A DNA stretch of 44,132 bases from Mitosporidium daphniae (lineage: Eukaryota): assembly GCF_000760515.2 (NCBI RefSeq), contig NW_013546478.1, positions 1-44,132 of the forward strand, written 5' to 3'. Below, in pieces: positions 1 through 12,712 of the stretch. The notes beneath the pieces are model-generated. The model made no database searches and was not told where the DNA came from. It was given only the letters and a program-made list of their open reading frames with translations. Within the stretch, counting starts at the first letter, position 1, and every line of letters begins with the position of its first letter. The position numbers were made by a program, and so were the translations under genes.

Positions 1-286
1 TTAAAGTATTTTGTTCAGTAACGATATTAGTAGGGCCACATGTCGAAGTTTGATTTTTCGATGAATTTGGATTTTCGGGGGTAAAACTCGAACCGCATGG
101 TTCATAGGGTAGGGTTTGATCTTCAGTGCTTCTAAAAGGCTTCAAACTGGCATTACAGGCTGAAAGAATATCGCCACGATTCTTCGGATAGCTCCCAACA
201 CAATTCGGAGCTGGAACGGCCTTTCTGCAAGGACATAAGGAAAGAATTAATACTGAACAGAATACTTTCAAAATAATACTTTGCAT
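1..286 (-). CDS. Secreted Cys/Pro/Asn-rich orphan protein, 3'-partial (runs off left edge)
   Basis: Not in the ORF track. Hand translation from ATG at 286: MQSIILKVFCSVLILSLCPCRKAVPAPNCVGSYPKNRGDILSACNASLKPF...; open for 95 codons to the edge, hydrophobic signal-peptide-like N-terminus. Confidence 0.7.
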   Translation of the reverse strand, partial: MQSIILKVFCSVLILSLCPCRKAVPAPNCVGSYPKNRGDILSACNASLKPFRSTEDQTLPYEPCGSSFTPENPNSSKNQTSTCGPTNIVTEQNTL

Positions 287-436
287 CGATGCCTCTGTGA
301 AGCTTAGCGTACTAAGGCTCCTAATATAGGGAGGGAAACTACGTGTTCATTCGTAAAATTAACCCCCAATAAGATTGATACAAACTCGTTTAGGTGACAA
401 ATCATTTAAATTTCAATTTAAAGTCATTTGCAACAT

Positions 437-927
437 ATGGTTATTGCAGGACAGTTTCCCAAGGGCCAAGTATTACTATCACTCCTCAAAGGCAACATCA
501 TAAGAAACAATGTCAAAATACCCTTCTCCATCAAGCGACCACTGTCTCCCCATATAACCATATATAGTTTCCCGTTAACATCTGTACTTTCAATTGGACA
601 TAGAGCGACCGGGGTCGCATTGGGCTCTCTCGTATATGCGCTTGGTGTTTTCTCTGCTGTATCTGTTGTTGATGTTTCAAAAACTGCAAATTGGATCAGA
701 ATCAATGTACCATCATCGGCTATAGTCGCTTCAAAATTTATTCTTGCTCTTCCATATACATTTCACTTTAGTAACGGAATTCGACATTTGGTAGGATGAA
801 ATTTTTATTTTTTACATTTTAGGTTTGGGATATGGGTTATTGCCTCTCTTTGAGCAGTGTCTACACCACTGGGTATGCAGTATTGGCAAGCACCCTTTTT
901 GGCTCTGGGATTCTAGCCTCGCTATAG
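437..927 (+). CDS. SDH3: Succinate dehydrogenase cytochrome b560 subunit (SDHC), 1 intron (791-822)
   Basis: RPLSPHITIY, SIGHRATG, HFSNGIRHL motifs; removing the 32-nt GT-AG intron gives IRHL/VWDMG...GILASL*. Confidence 0.93.
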
Positions 928-1314
928 CCTATCGATTGGAACGATTTATTGATCAAGATTTTTATAAATCCCCTTTTTTTATGATCCATATTGAGCATTT
1001 TAATGCTGCCTCTCTTGAACATACATACATTATTTTTCGTTGCAAAATGTAATCACATACTCACTTATGATACGCACTTCAAAGCGTGTGTTTAATTCAG
1101 ATGCCCCACATTGTATGTTTAAAGTTTAACAATTTAATATTTTCATGTGCTCATAATTGGTTCGTTCCTAGTCAAATAAATTTGGCGAAATTAACAATTG
1201 GATTATCAGAAGGTAGCGTCTCCATATGTATGGCTAGCATATTGTCCATTGATAAAAGAGATATTTTATATATATGAGCTTATTTATTTCGGCTATTCTT
1301 CAATTTCCAGAAGC

Positions 1315-2355
1315 ATGAGATTGAATCTACAGAAGAAAAAGATTGGCATTATTGCCGCAGTTTCTCTCTCGGCTATGTTTACAAATGTAATGGCCAACCC
1401 TTGTATTCCCCAAAAATATGCACCTTACCCTGCTAAATCTGATTGTGTTCAAGATTTTTACAACAAAGGAGAACCCTACAATCAACTAAATCTTAATCCT
1501 AATCCTAATCCTAATCGTTATCCTTATAATAATGGTGGTGTATCCGGAAACGGTTGTAATACATGCAAGCAAAGCAATACTGATACAAGCAGTTTTCCCC
1601 CTTATAGTCAAGAAGTGGAATATGTTAATAACAACACCGACAATACTCCTCTCTGTCATCCTAAATTAGAAAATATTGTATCTAACACTGATAAGCAATT
1701 TACAAAAAAATCTCCTATAGATACTGGTATTGTTATCGAACGTTACAAAGATGCCTGCGAGTCATCTAAATTCGAAGGTAAAGTCGATTTTGGAGACAAA
1801 GACACCTACAATTCATANTATCCTTATGGAACGGGTAAAAATCCTAGATCTCAAAATAATCTCCAGACTGGATTTGTGTCTGCTTGTAATGATAACAGTT
1901 TTCAAATGAAACCAGAGTTAAACAAAGAAACCTTGGGAATAAAACCGCAGGATGGTACAAACAATCCAGGGTGTTTGCAATTTTTTAACTCACCCATTAA
2001 CACTATTCCCACAAATGGTAATAATAATGGGGGTAAGGTCACACCGAACTATTTTCAAACTCCTAATCAAGATTCAAATGGCAATTTTTCGAAAGGAACT
2101 AAATGTTATAATTCTAGGCAAGGAAACGGTAAAACATCAGGCAAACAGATAGATGGATCAATATCTCTGAGCGATTCTAGTGAAATTTGTAGCCTTTGCG
2201 CAGAAAAACGATATGTTCCGCCGCCTTTCATCCCCACTGGCATGTTTACACATGTAAACGAGACAACTGAAGCCCTAATTGCTTTCTCTAGTCACGAAAA
2301 TTGTTATGAACAACGCCCGCCCTCAAAGTTTACGCTTGTTTGCGACAAAAAATAA
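1315..2355 (+). CDS. Secreted Asn/Cys/Pro/Tyr-rich orphan protein
   Basis: Intronless ORF; likely ATG at 1315 gives MRLNLQKKKIGIIAAVSLSAMFTNVMA signal peptide; TATA-like element at about 1267-1275; many Cys; NPNPNP tract. Confidence 0.75.
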   Translation: MRLNLQKKKIGIIAAVSLSAMFTNVMANPCIPQKYAPYPAKSDCVQDFYNKGEPYNQLNLNPNPNPNRYPYNNGGVSGNGCNTCKQSNTDTSSFPPYSQEVEYVNNNTDNTPLCHPKLENIVSNTDKQFTKKSPIDTGIVIERYKDACESSKFEGKVDFGDKDTYNSXYPYGTGKNPRSQNNLQTGFVSACNDNSFQMKPELNKETLGIKPQDGTNNPGCLQFFNSPINTIPTNGNNNGGKVTPNYFQTPNQDSNGNFSKGTKCYNSRQGNGKTSGKQIDGSISLSDSSEICSLCAEKRYVPPPFIPTGMFTHVNETTEALIAFSSHENCYEQRPPSKFTLVCDKK

Positions 2356-2586
2356 TAGTACAAATCAGTCTTTTGGAATTAAATAAATTACTATATGGAC
2401 TTTGAAGTGTAAATTTTTACCTCATCCAGCGGATTAAGTTGAATTTAAATAGGCCTGTGATGATTAGATATTCCATCTCAAGGCCATAAATGGTTGTGTA
2501 GCAACTAACCAAGCTAGCTATGCTAGAATTAAGGAAGTTGGTATTCGTGCTCTTTATTCAAATCGACTAAACCAACCACAGCGCTC

Positions 2587-4659
<2,073 letters not shown>

Positions 4660-4848
4660 TTAATTGGTATAGGTGTTAATATTAGGGTTCCAAAATGCGA
4701 CAAGCCTGGCTTGAATCTCTCGAATTAAACAATGAAGAGTCTCCCACAACGTAAAGCTGACAGACAGATAAAATAGGATGCTAAAGTTGCAAGGTTTGCT
4801 TGTGATTTGCGATTGTACGATTATTTTAAATTTTGGGTTTTAAAATTT

Positions 4849-5532
4849 ATGAATGGAGTAAAGCCTCCCACAGGTTCGTCCCCTTTAAAGGCACCAGGCG
4901 CATCATTTTCTCAGCAGGACCGATCGAGAGAATCTTCAACGTGCGATTCTGCGAAAAGCTCTACCTCGAAGACATCTACAGTGGATGCAGAGCTTGTCGA
5001 ACAAATGTTGCGGAAAGAGCCTACAGACTATTACGGAATACTGGACGTTCCCTGTTCAGCCTCCGATGACCAGGTCAAAAAAGCGTATAAAAAGCAGGCC
5101 CTTGCATTTCATCCCGATAAGAATGCAGCTCCAGGAGCGGACGAGGCGTTTAAAATGGTTGGACGGGCGTTTTCGGTCATCGGAAATCCGGAAAAAAGAA
5201 AGGCGTATGACACGTTTGGAGCAGAGCCATCATGTCATCCGGGCCCGCATTGCAGCGAAGCATCTTTTGTCGATCCAGAAGAGATTTTCAGGGCATTTTT
5301 CCGCGAGTTTGCATGCGCTCAGGGCGATGTATTTTTCTCAACCAGCTCTTTCCAGGGCGGCGGATTTTCGTCCTTTCCTCGAAGGCGAAACTTTAGGTTT
5401 TCCACTCCAGGAAGGCAAGTGCCCACCCATCCGCAAGAGCCGCTCACCGCTGGACAGATCTTTGCACAGTTAGTGCCTATTTTCGTGCTCATTTTCCTGT
5501 CCTTTTTGAATAGCTTGCTGACAAGCTATTAG
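4849..5532 (+). CDS. Tail-anchored J-domain protein (Hlj1/DNAJB12-like)
   Basis: DYYGIL...KKAYKKQALAFHPDKNAAPGADEAFK J-domain, G/F-rich linker, C-terminal TM (QLVPIFVLIFLSFL). Confidence 0.88.
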   Translation: MNGVKPPTGSSPLKAPGASFSQQDRSRESSTCDSAKSSTSKTSTVDAELVEQMLRKEPTDYYGILDVPCSASDDQVKKAYKKQALAFHPDKNAAPGADEAFKMVGRAFSVIGNPEKRKAYDTFGAEPSCHPGPHCSEASFVDPEEIFRAFFREFACAQGDVFFSTSSFQGGGFSSFPRRRNFRFSTPGRQVPTHPQEPLTAGQIFAQLVPIFVLIFLSFLNSLLTSY

Positions 5533-5748
5533 CTCTGTATAGACCGAAATAAATACACACCGTTGTTTCGCGTAATTGCCGCTCGCAATGCCCTCCATTT
5601 GCTCCCGAAAAGAATAAATGACGATCGTTTTTTCGCACAACGTTATGTGGAGCTTGGAAATCCGGTTTACTGTGCCCAAATTAATTGTGAACTTGTTGCT
5701 AGCACAACTTGTCAACTCCTTAACGTGCAGAAAGTATATTTTTAGGCC

Positions 5749-6018
5749 ATGGTACGCCGCTCCGCCGCCCAAGCAGCCGCAGCCATTGCAGAGGACAAGG
5801 CCGCACATAAGCGACAGCTGATGTCATTGGTGCATGTTCTGTTTACCGCCGTGGGTACGTTTTTTGCGTGCGGATATATTGCTTTGAATTTGTTCCAGTT
5901 GAGGGTGGAATATTCGCTCATCGTTGCCATTTTGGCAACGGCGATTCTTGTGCTGATCGAAGGATATCTTCTTGCAAATATCCTGCTTCCCCCAGAACCA
6001 AAAATGAAGGCCTCATAG
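5749..6018 (+). CDS. Vma12/TMEM199-like V-ATPase assembly factor (short, 2 TM; 5' end uncertain)
   Basis: KRQLMSLVHVLFTAVGTFFACGY...ILVLIEGYLL resembles the Vma12/TMEM199 two-TM C-terminal region; ends in KMKAS (KxKxx ER-retrieval-like). Confidence 0.55.
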   Translation: MVRRSAAQAAAAIAEDKAAHKRQLMSLVHVLFTAVGTFFACGYIALNLFQLRVEYSLIVAILATAILVLIEGYLLANILLPPEPKMKAS

Positions 6019-6129
6019 GCCAATTTGCAATAAATTCCAAAATAGGAAATCTACCGACTGATCGTGATCATTCGTACGCATTCAAGCTCAGTGTGTTGTA
6101 GCGATTAATATTTCTCTGGGTACCGCACC

Positions 6130-8311
6130 ATGGCTTCTTCAACGGACCAAGCATTTTCTTCTTGTTTAACGGACCAAGCATTTTCTTCTTGTTTAACGGA
6201 CCAAGCATTTTCTTCTTGTTTAACGGACCAAGAATTTTCTTCTTGTTTAACGAACCAAGCATTGTCTTCTCCCTCAACAGACCGAACATTTTCTTCTCCC
6301 TCAACAGACCAAGCATTGTCTTTTTCTACGGTGCCATCCAAAACTTTTTCTCCAAATTTATCATCGCCAGGCCACCAGAAAGCCTCATCGCGATGCCTAT
6401 CAATGCTAACCAAGTCGGCTTGTTCCTTTTTCAGCAGCAGGACATTTCTTATTGGAGCATGGGTCATCTTTCAAATGGCAATCTTTTTGTTCCGAGCCAT
6501 ATCTACACTGACAGACAGCCTTTATTCTAGTTCGCGGCTGGTATTTGGCGCGCTCAGCCTGGCCATCGCTAGGGGCTCGTCCCTCCCTATAGCCATCGAC
6601 TCGGGATTGGTCTTGCTCCCTGCATCTTTGCAGCTATTGAGCATATCCCCATGGGGATTGTTCGGGTATCGGATCGCCATTCACCGACTCATCTCTTTGT
6701 CCATAATTTTTTGGTCTATTGTTCATTCACTTGGCCATCTTGTTAACTTCTTTTACTCTGCTTTTCATCTGGCCACGACGAACCTGCCTAAAATCAACTC
6801 CCCCACCATCACTTCATCTTTTTTTACCGTTTTGATGGCTTTATTCGGTAGCGTAGCTGGTATTTCTGGATTGTTTCTTGTATCACTCTTGGTTACTTTG
6901 TTTATTTTTTCCTACTCAATTAAAAATTATGAATCTTTCTGGTGGGTGCATCGCATTGTTTTTCCGCTCTATTACGTTGCTCTTGGTAAGTTTTTGCGCC
7001 ATGCACAAAAATGCTTCGTTTTTCCCATTTTGCCTTTTATATTTGATAGGGATCCATGGATCGTTTTGTTTCTTCCTTGTAGATCAACTACATCCGGTGT
7101 GTCCGACATCCACAGACTGGCTGTGGTTTGTCCCCTTTTTGGGTATCTATTTGGTTGACTGGCTCTTTCGGTTGGCTAAATCCTGGCGGGCATACTCTCC
7201 GAGCTCGGTGATCTTGCATCCTGGAGATGTTGTCGAATTGAGGTGGCAAAAGGCTGTCCTTCCAACGTATAAGCACGGCCAGTACATACTGCTGACATGT
7301 GATTCTCTGTCCCGCTTTCAATCGCACCCGTTTACGTTGACAAGTGCTCCGGAGGAACAGTTCGTTAGTGTACACATTCGCTCTTTGGGTGATTGGACTT
7401 TTTCTCTGCGTACCCTTTTTGAGAGAAATACTCATAAGGATACCAGTTGCTCTTACTTTCAAGAAAACGGCACGGCCTCCTTTGTAGGTTCGCCTTTTGC
7501 CACGTTTTCGATTGGTGGGAATATCTCTAGCAGGATACTTCTTATGCCACCGCCGAATAAAATCAAGTGGCCAGCCTTTCATTTAGATGGCCCGTATGGC
7601 AATTCTATCCAAAAAGCCTTTTCGTTTGAAATTTTGGTTTGCATNGGTGCTGGAATTGGCCAGACTCCTTTTGCTTCTCTCCTAAAGTCCATTTGGTATC
7701 GTCACCCGGTTACTAATCCCTCGATTGCCGGTATAGGCACTTTATAATGTATTTTAGGGAAAGTTTGTCGCCTTCGAAAGATATACTATGTAGGCATTGC
7801 TCGTGAAGTACAGGTATCCATCAAGACTTTATTTGCATCCTAGGCTTTCTCTTGGTTTTATGAGATCCTGAGGACTCTTGAGGAGTCCGATAAAGAAAAG
7901 ATATTTAACATCATGCTGTTTTTTACCGGTATTCCTTTCTTCTGATCCTTAGGGATACTTCCACCAGATGCCATTTGGTATGTTGTGCATCTTGGGGGCG
8001 AGAGTGCACCGCCGCCGCACTCAAGCGTTCTTTCTTCTTCACAGGCTTTAAAGCTTAAATCCCCAACTTCTGGTTTTGGGGAACAAAAGGTGGGGAGAGA
8101 CCCAATTTCTGGTCTAATCACACCCACTTCTTATGGTCGCCCAGACTTCCCTGCGCTGATAAACCAAATCTGTACAACACATTCGGGTGCGCAGAAAATT
8201 GGAATTCGATATTGTGGCTCTCCTAAGCTTTGTAAATTTATTAACCATTGCTGCATGAGGTCTCCCCATTCTGCCCGGATTTTCTTCCAGGGAGAAAGTT
8301 TTACCGGGTAG
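6130..8311 (+). CDS. NADPH oxidase (gp91phox/NoxA-like flavocytochrome), 4 introns (6986-7049, 7731-7757, 7814-7843, 7929-7952)
   Basis: Heme His pairs HRLI...VHSLGH and WVHR...GIHGS; FAD motif QSHPFTLTSAPEE and HIRSLGDWT; DGPYG; GAGIGQTPFASLLKSIWY; DPISGL..PT.YGRPDF; YCGSP; terminal GESF. All four introns restore frame. Confidence 0.88.
6141..6327 (+). repeat. 27-bp tandem repeat, about 7 units, encoding TDQAFSSCL at the NOX N-terminus
   Basis: aacggaccaagcattttcttcttgttt at 6141, 6168, 6195, 6222, then diverging units at 6249, 6276, 6303. Confidence 0.95.
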
Positions 8312-8317
8312 CTATGC

Positions 8318-9256
8318 TCACCCAACTTTTTTCAACATACATGGGTCTATCCTAGACCTACTATTCTCTCCTAAAACCCCCTGGTTGTTTTTTATTATCT
8401 CTTTTGAATCCAATTTAAATATAATTGCATTACAAGGTGTAGCTGAACCAGCTTTAAAATGAGCAAGACTATGGGGAGGGATCTCGGTATATATAAAAAC
8501 CATAGAATTTTCAGGGTTGTCTTTCTCTGCGATGTCGGGTTTACATGTTTGTTCGCATGCACTTTGAGCGCCTCCGTAAAGATCATCTTGAGATCCTTGG
8601 TAAAGGGGTTCTTGTTCAGGCTGAACAAAACATGGCGGAATGTTTGTCGGATAGAACTGACCGGTGTATCCTGATGGACCCTCTGATACGTTACAAGTGA
8701 CGAAGTCTTTCTGACTGGATGCAACACATTTTTTGTTTGCCGGATAGAACTGATCGTTGTATCCTGATGGACCATCTGATACGTTACAAGTGACGTGGTC
8801 TTTCTGACTGGATGCAACACATTTTTCTGTGCTTTCTGTAGGCGCCTGATGTTTCAAGTTTTTGGTTTTCAATTGAAAGTTAAGGTCTTCGATAACCTTT
8901 TTGTTCTTTTNAACCTCGTTGGTCAAAAAGTTGATAATATCTGATTCTTTGCTATTATATTGATCGCCCATTGAATAGTTTGGTGAACATGTGTTCACGG
9001 TACCCGGAAACGTAGTTGCAGATGGAGTTAAAGATACAGGAAATTCCTTGGCCTCATAATTTACTTTACACGCAGTTTCGAAATTTTGTAAATGATTTGG
9101 TCCATTCAAATCACTTGGATTTTTTTGCCACTCGTTTTGACTAGAGCCTCGCTTCGGTTCTACAAAGTACACATTTTCGTTTCTTTGGCAGGTCTTAGCG
9201 AAAGTGTTCGTGGATAAGCTAGCAGTAATGAGCAAAATAGGTAGCGTATATTTCAT
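8318..9256 (-). CDS. Secreted Cys/Asn/Pro-rich orphan protein with internal 31-aa duplication
   Basis: MKYTLPILLITASLSTNTFA signal peptide; intronless 312 aa; TATAAAAA about 30 bp upstream. Confidence 0.8.
   Translation of the reverse strand: MKYTLPILLITASLSTNTFAKTCQRNENVYFVEPKRGSSQNEWQKNPSDLNGPNHLQNFETACKVNYEAKEFPVSLTPSATTFPGTVNTCSPNYSMGDQYNSKESDIINFLTNEVXKNKKVIEDLNFQLKTKNLKHQAPTESTEKCVASSQKDHVTCNVSDGPSGYNDQFYPANKKCVASSQKDFVTCNVSEGPSGYTGQFYPTNIPPCFVQPEQEPLYQGSQDDLYGGAQSACEQTCKPDIAEKDNPENSMVFIYTEIPPHSLAHFKAGSATPCNAIIFKLDSKEIIKNNQGVLGENSRSRIDPCMLKKVG
8641..8826 (-). repeat. 93-bp tandem duplication (KCVASSQKDxVTCNVSxGPSGYxxQFYP x2)
   Basis: Two near-identical 93-nt units, 8641-8733 and 8734-8826. 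Confidence 0.92.
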
Positions 9257-9459
9257 CTAGTACCGATTAGGCGGAGTAAGTTTTTATATTGAACAGCGGG
9301 TATTTCGCAATAGGCTTTTACGCATGCCAATTGACGGGCAAACTCGTATTTTATTGGATTTGTAAATCTTCCCATTAAAATTGAATTGATTAAGTGTAAA
9401 TTTTAATCGTGGTCAATTGCAATATTTGCTACATTTTCTTTTCTTCCAACACCGATACG

Positions 9460-10330
9460 ATGTTCAATTTTTTCTCAAAAAGCAAGGAGGATCGGACCAC
9501 CACCACCACCAGCACCACCAATCCCATCTCCACTTCTGGGGAAACTGCCTCTTCCAAAATTTTGCAATCATTTCGAGTGATCTTTTTGGGACCGCCAGCC
9601 GCGGGAAAGGGCACCCAATCGGTCAATGTAGCCGAAAAGTATTGTATATGTCACCTTTCCACTGGTGATATGCTTCGTGCTGCTATTAGCGAGGGCTCGG
9701 AGATTGGAAAGCGAGCAAAGGCTGTGATTGAGTCTGGAAATCTTGTCTCGGATGAAATTATGGTTGATATGATCAAGGATGCAATTAATCGGCCTCAGTG
9801 CAAAAACGGCTTCCTTTTGGATGGCTTTCCACGAACCACTCCGCAAGCAGAAAAGGTTTTTTTAACCCATCATTTTTGCTTTTGTTTTTATTTGGCAGTT
9901 ATTAACCTGATAGCTGGATGTGATGTTGAAACAGGCCGGTCAGCAGCTGGATCGTGTCGTCGAATTTACCATCCCCGATAGCGTGCTTGAGAAGCGCATC
10001 ACAGGAAGGCTTTTACACCCCGCTTCTGGGCGTACATACCATGAAGAATTTAACCCGCCAAAATCACCCATGACAGACGATGTGGGTTTGTTGTTTAATA
10101 TTGCGTAGATGACTGGAGAGCCACTTGTCAGAAGACCCGATGACAACGTAGATGCGTTGAAGAGGAGAATCGAAATTTACCGCAAACAAACGGCACCAAT
10201 TGCGCTCTATTACAAGAACAAGAATCTGCTGTCCGTCGTTGATGCTACACAATCGCCCGCATCCGTGTGGATGTCGCTTCAAAGCATTCTGGACAGATCT
10301 TTGAAGATGGCCGCCTCTTCCTCCTTGTAA
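9460..10330 (+). CDS. ADK1: Adenylate kinase (AK2/Adk1 type), 2 introns (9856-9913, 10082-10108)
   Basis: [11 protein letters not shown]-loop, [43 protein letters not shown]. Confidence 0.96.
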
Positions 10331-10346
10331 TCAATAAACTACAAGA

Positions 10347-12712
10347 TCATTGACAGCTTTTGGCATAGCTGTAAAGGGTTTTTTGCGTATTCGATTGTGA
10401 CTGTGGCTGGGATTGCGACAGGGGCTGCTGTGTGGAAGCATTTGAAACGATGCTGGAAAACTCGTTTTTTCCAAGTCCAACCGATTCGAGAATGTTCAGC
10501 TTTCTCAGGATAAGTGGCCTAAATGATGAGCCACCACTTCTAAAATCACATACCAAAGGCGATCATCGCTCGTCCCCTGTGCGAGCAAGTAATGTATATT
10601 TACAGAGTCCTTCTGCCCTATACGATGTGCCCTGTCTTCGGCTTGAGTCAGCACCTAGGAAAAGAAGCCATAAAATACCCCGGGGTTCCAGAACAATTCG
10701 GCAAACAGCACCACAGAGGCTGCCGTTAGTGTCAATCCAACACCGGCAGCCGTCAAACTAAGGATGGCCACACGAGTTTTCGACAGGGGGTCTTGAAACT
10801 CGATGCAATGGTTGTTGCGTTCGATGGTGGGCGTCATGCCATCGATTCGGATAAAAGAGACTTTCTGAATGTCAGCAACAAGCGGATTTGATACCTTTTC
10901 CCAAAGGAACTTTTCAACACCATCCAGAATTTGCTGATGGTGAGCAAAAAGGAGGATCTTGATCGATTCGTCGCGATCGAGCAGATCAAACAGATACTCA
11001 CAACAGGCATCCAATTTTGCGAGTCCCGTTTCTCTCCATATCTTCATATAAAGTAAATTTGATTGAAAAGCCTCAAGCTCGTCTGCTTGCGAATTGGAAC
11101 AACAAGCCGCCCCGTCAATTGAAGCAATCATCGCATTTATTGCCTTTAATTTTGAGGCCTCTATATGCAAAAAGACTTGCTGTCGTCTTTTTGCTGGAAG
11201 CTGGGTCAACACATCCTTCTTCATTCTTCTTATCATGATAGTATTTTCCAGCACTATTGAAAGCTCCCTCAGATGCGAGGATCCCTTGAAATCCCATCCA
11301 AAATACCCCTTACAAATAAAAACAGCGCAAAGCTACCTTCCTCCCCGCGCAATAGCGGATGCCATATTCAATCATATTTGGAAATAGCTTTGAATTGATT
11401 GCTTGCAACTGCGTGAAGAGCTCCATCGGCCTCGAAAGAGCAGGTGTGCCTGAAAGGAGGATAACACGTCCAGACTTCTAATGGAAACATCACCGATTAA
11501 AAAGTAACCTTCAATAATGGCAACAGAAGCTTGGTTCTTTTTGTTGAGGGGTTTCGTAGAAAGTGGCACTCATCCTATGTTCATTATTGTCGACGTAAAG
11601 ATACCGTGATGATAACCTTAAACTCCTTCTTTTTGATAGAATCGATATATTTTCCGGCCAAGTCATAGCTGACTATGTACACCAGCCCTAAAATATAAAG
11701 GAATCAAATAAATATGTACCGGCTGCCGGGAAAGGGTCCTTCCCAGAATAAATGGGAAAAACATTTGAACGAGAGATTGAGGGACACCACCTTTCAACAG
11801 ACTAGCGATAAAGTTAAGCAGCTCAGACCTCGCCCCATGAAGCTGTTAATGATGCCGGTACCAAAATTAGCAAAGGCCATTCTCTTCGGTAAAACGAAGC
11901 AATAGCAAGGGCCTGAACGGTCTTTCCAAGCCCCATTTCGTCTGCAAGCAAGACTCTTCCCTGCTTTTTTAGAGCAAATCTGGATGGGTACAATAAAATG
12001 GCTATTCATACTCTAATCCGGCAAGCTGAAATGGCAAAAGCGAATTTTTTAATGGCTCGTCAAGAAGAGACAAATCAAACGAAAGCTTCCCATGTGTGCT
12101 TGGGGTGATTTTTTGCTCTTCAGTTGTGAGCGCAGAAAATAAGGACAAAATCGAATTTGGAATCAAATGGTATGTAGCGTTTGGCTCAAATTCCTTCATT
12201 AAAGTAACCAAGTTAGCATATTCGTGCAAGGGAAAGAGCCATTTTTTTTCTTCGTTATCGTACTTAAATGCTGGAATGGACTTGAAAATCGAGCTAAAAA
12301 TCGAAATGTCACTAACGGAAAAAGAGGTCTTCGAAAATAACTCAAAGTGCACATTTCCGGTATACCGTTTCACATGTGGCCGCTGCTGAGCATGATCATT
12401 GGTGGAAATGGCAGAGGAAACGCAATTTGGACCCGCATTTGGGGGACTGTGGTCAAAACTAGTGTCGAAGACAGCGATATTGCGATTCCCAGGCAAAGAG
12501 AGCTTGTTTGAGTTGACGACAGAAGAAAGCAAATTGGGGCCGATGGCAAGGGAAAGCGGCTTTTTTGCAATATCCTTATTCTCGCTTTGCGCATGCTCGA
12601 TTGTGCCTTCCTTTTGCTGCTTTTTGGACTGAAGCTTTTTGAGAGCAAGTATCCGATTTTCTTCAATCCTATCCAGCTGTTCGCGGGTTAAAACAGAAAC
12701 ATTGGTAAGCAT
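10347..12712 (-). CDS. SMARCAL1: SMARCAL1/HARP-type SNF2 annealing helicase, 9 introns
   Basis: N-terminal RPA-binding-like [21 protein letters not shown]-like region ([12 protein letters not shown]); [40 protein letters not shown] after splicing. Confidence 0.92.

Noticed and set aside
1198..1314. Upstream TTG/GTG starts in the ORF track (e.g. 1198, 4807, 9409, 12721, 32763)
   Set aside because: Eukaryotic gene context; downstream ATGs fit signal peptides, homologue starts and promoter tracts better
2452..2485. GTGATGA box C with GGCCT/AGGCC stem, possible C/D snoRNA or SECIS
   Set aside because: No CTGA box D (CTCA instead), too short, no SECIS core; at most a small 3' UTR hairpin
6141..6327. 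CRISPR-like appearance of 27-bp repeats
   Set aside because: Units are head-to-tail without unique spacers, no cas genes, eukaryotic context, in frame with NOX
6068..6530. Overlapping ORFs (EENAWSVKQ, MLGPLNKKK, FNGPSIFFL repeats)
   Set aside because: By-products of a stop-free 27-bp unit; only the 6130 frame continues into a conserved domain
6986..9913. 58- and 64-nt introns as recursive or twin mini-introns
   Set aside because: No internal AG/GT junction splitting them into two 24-35 nt units
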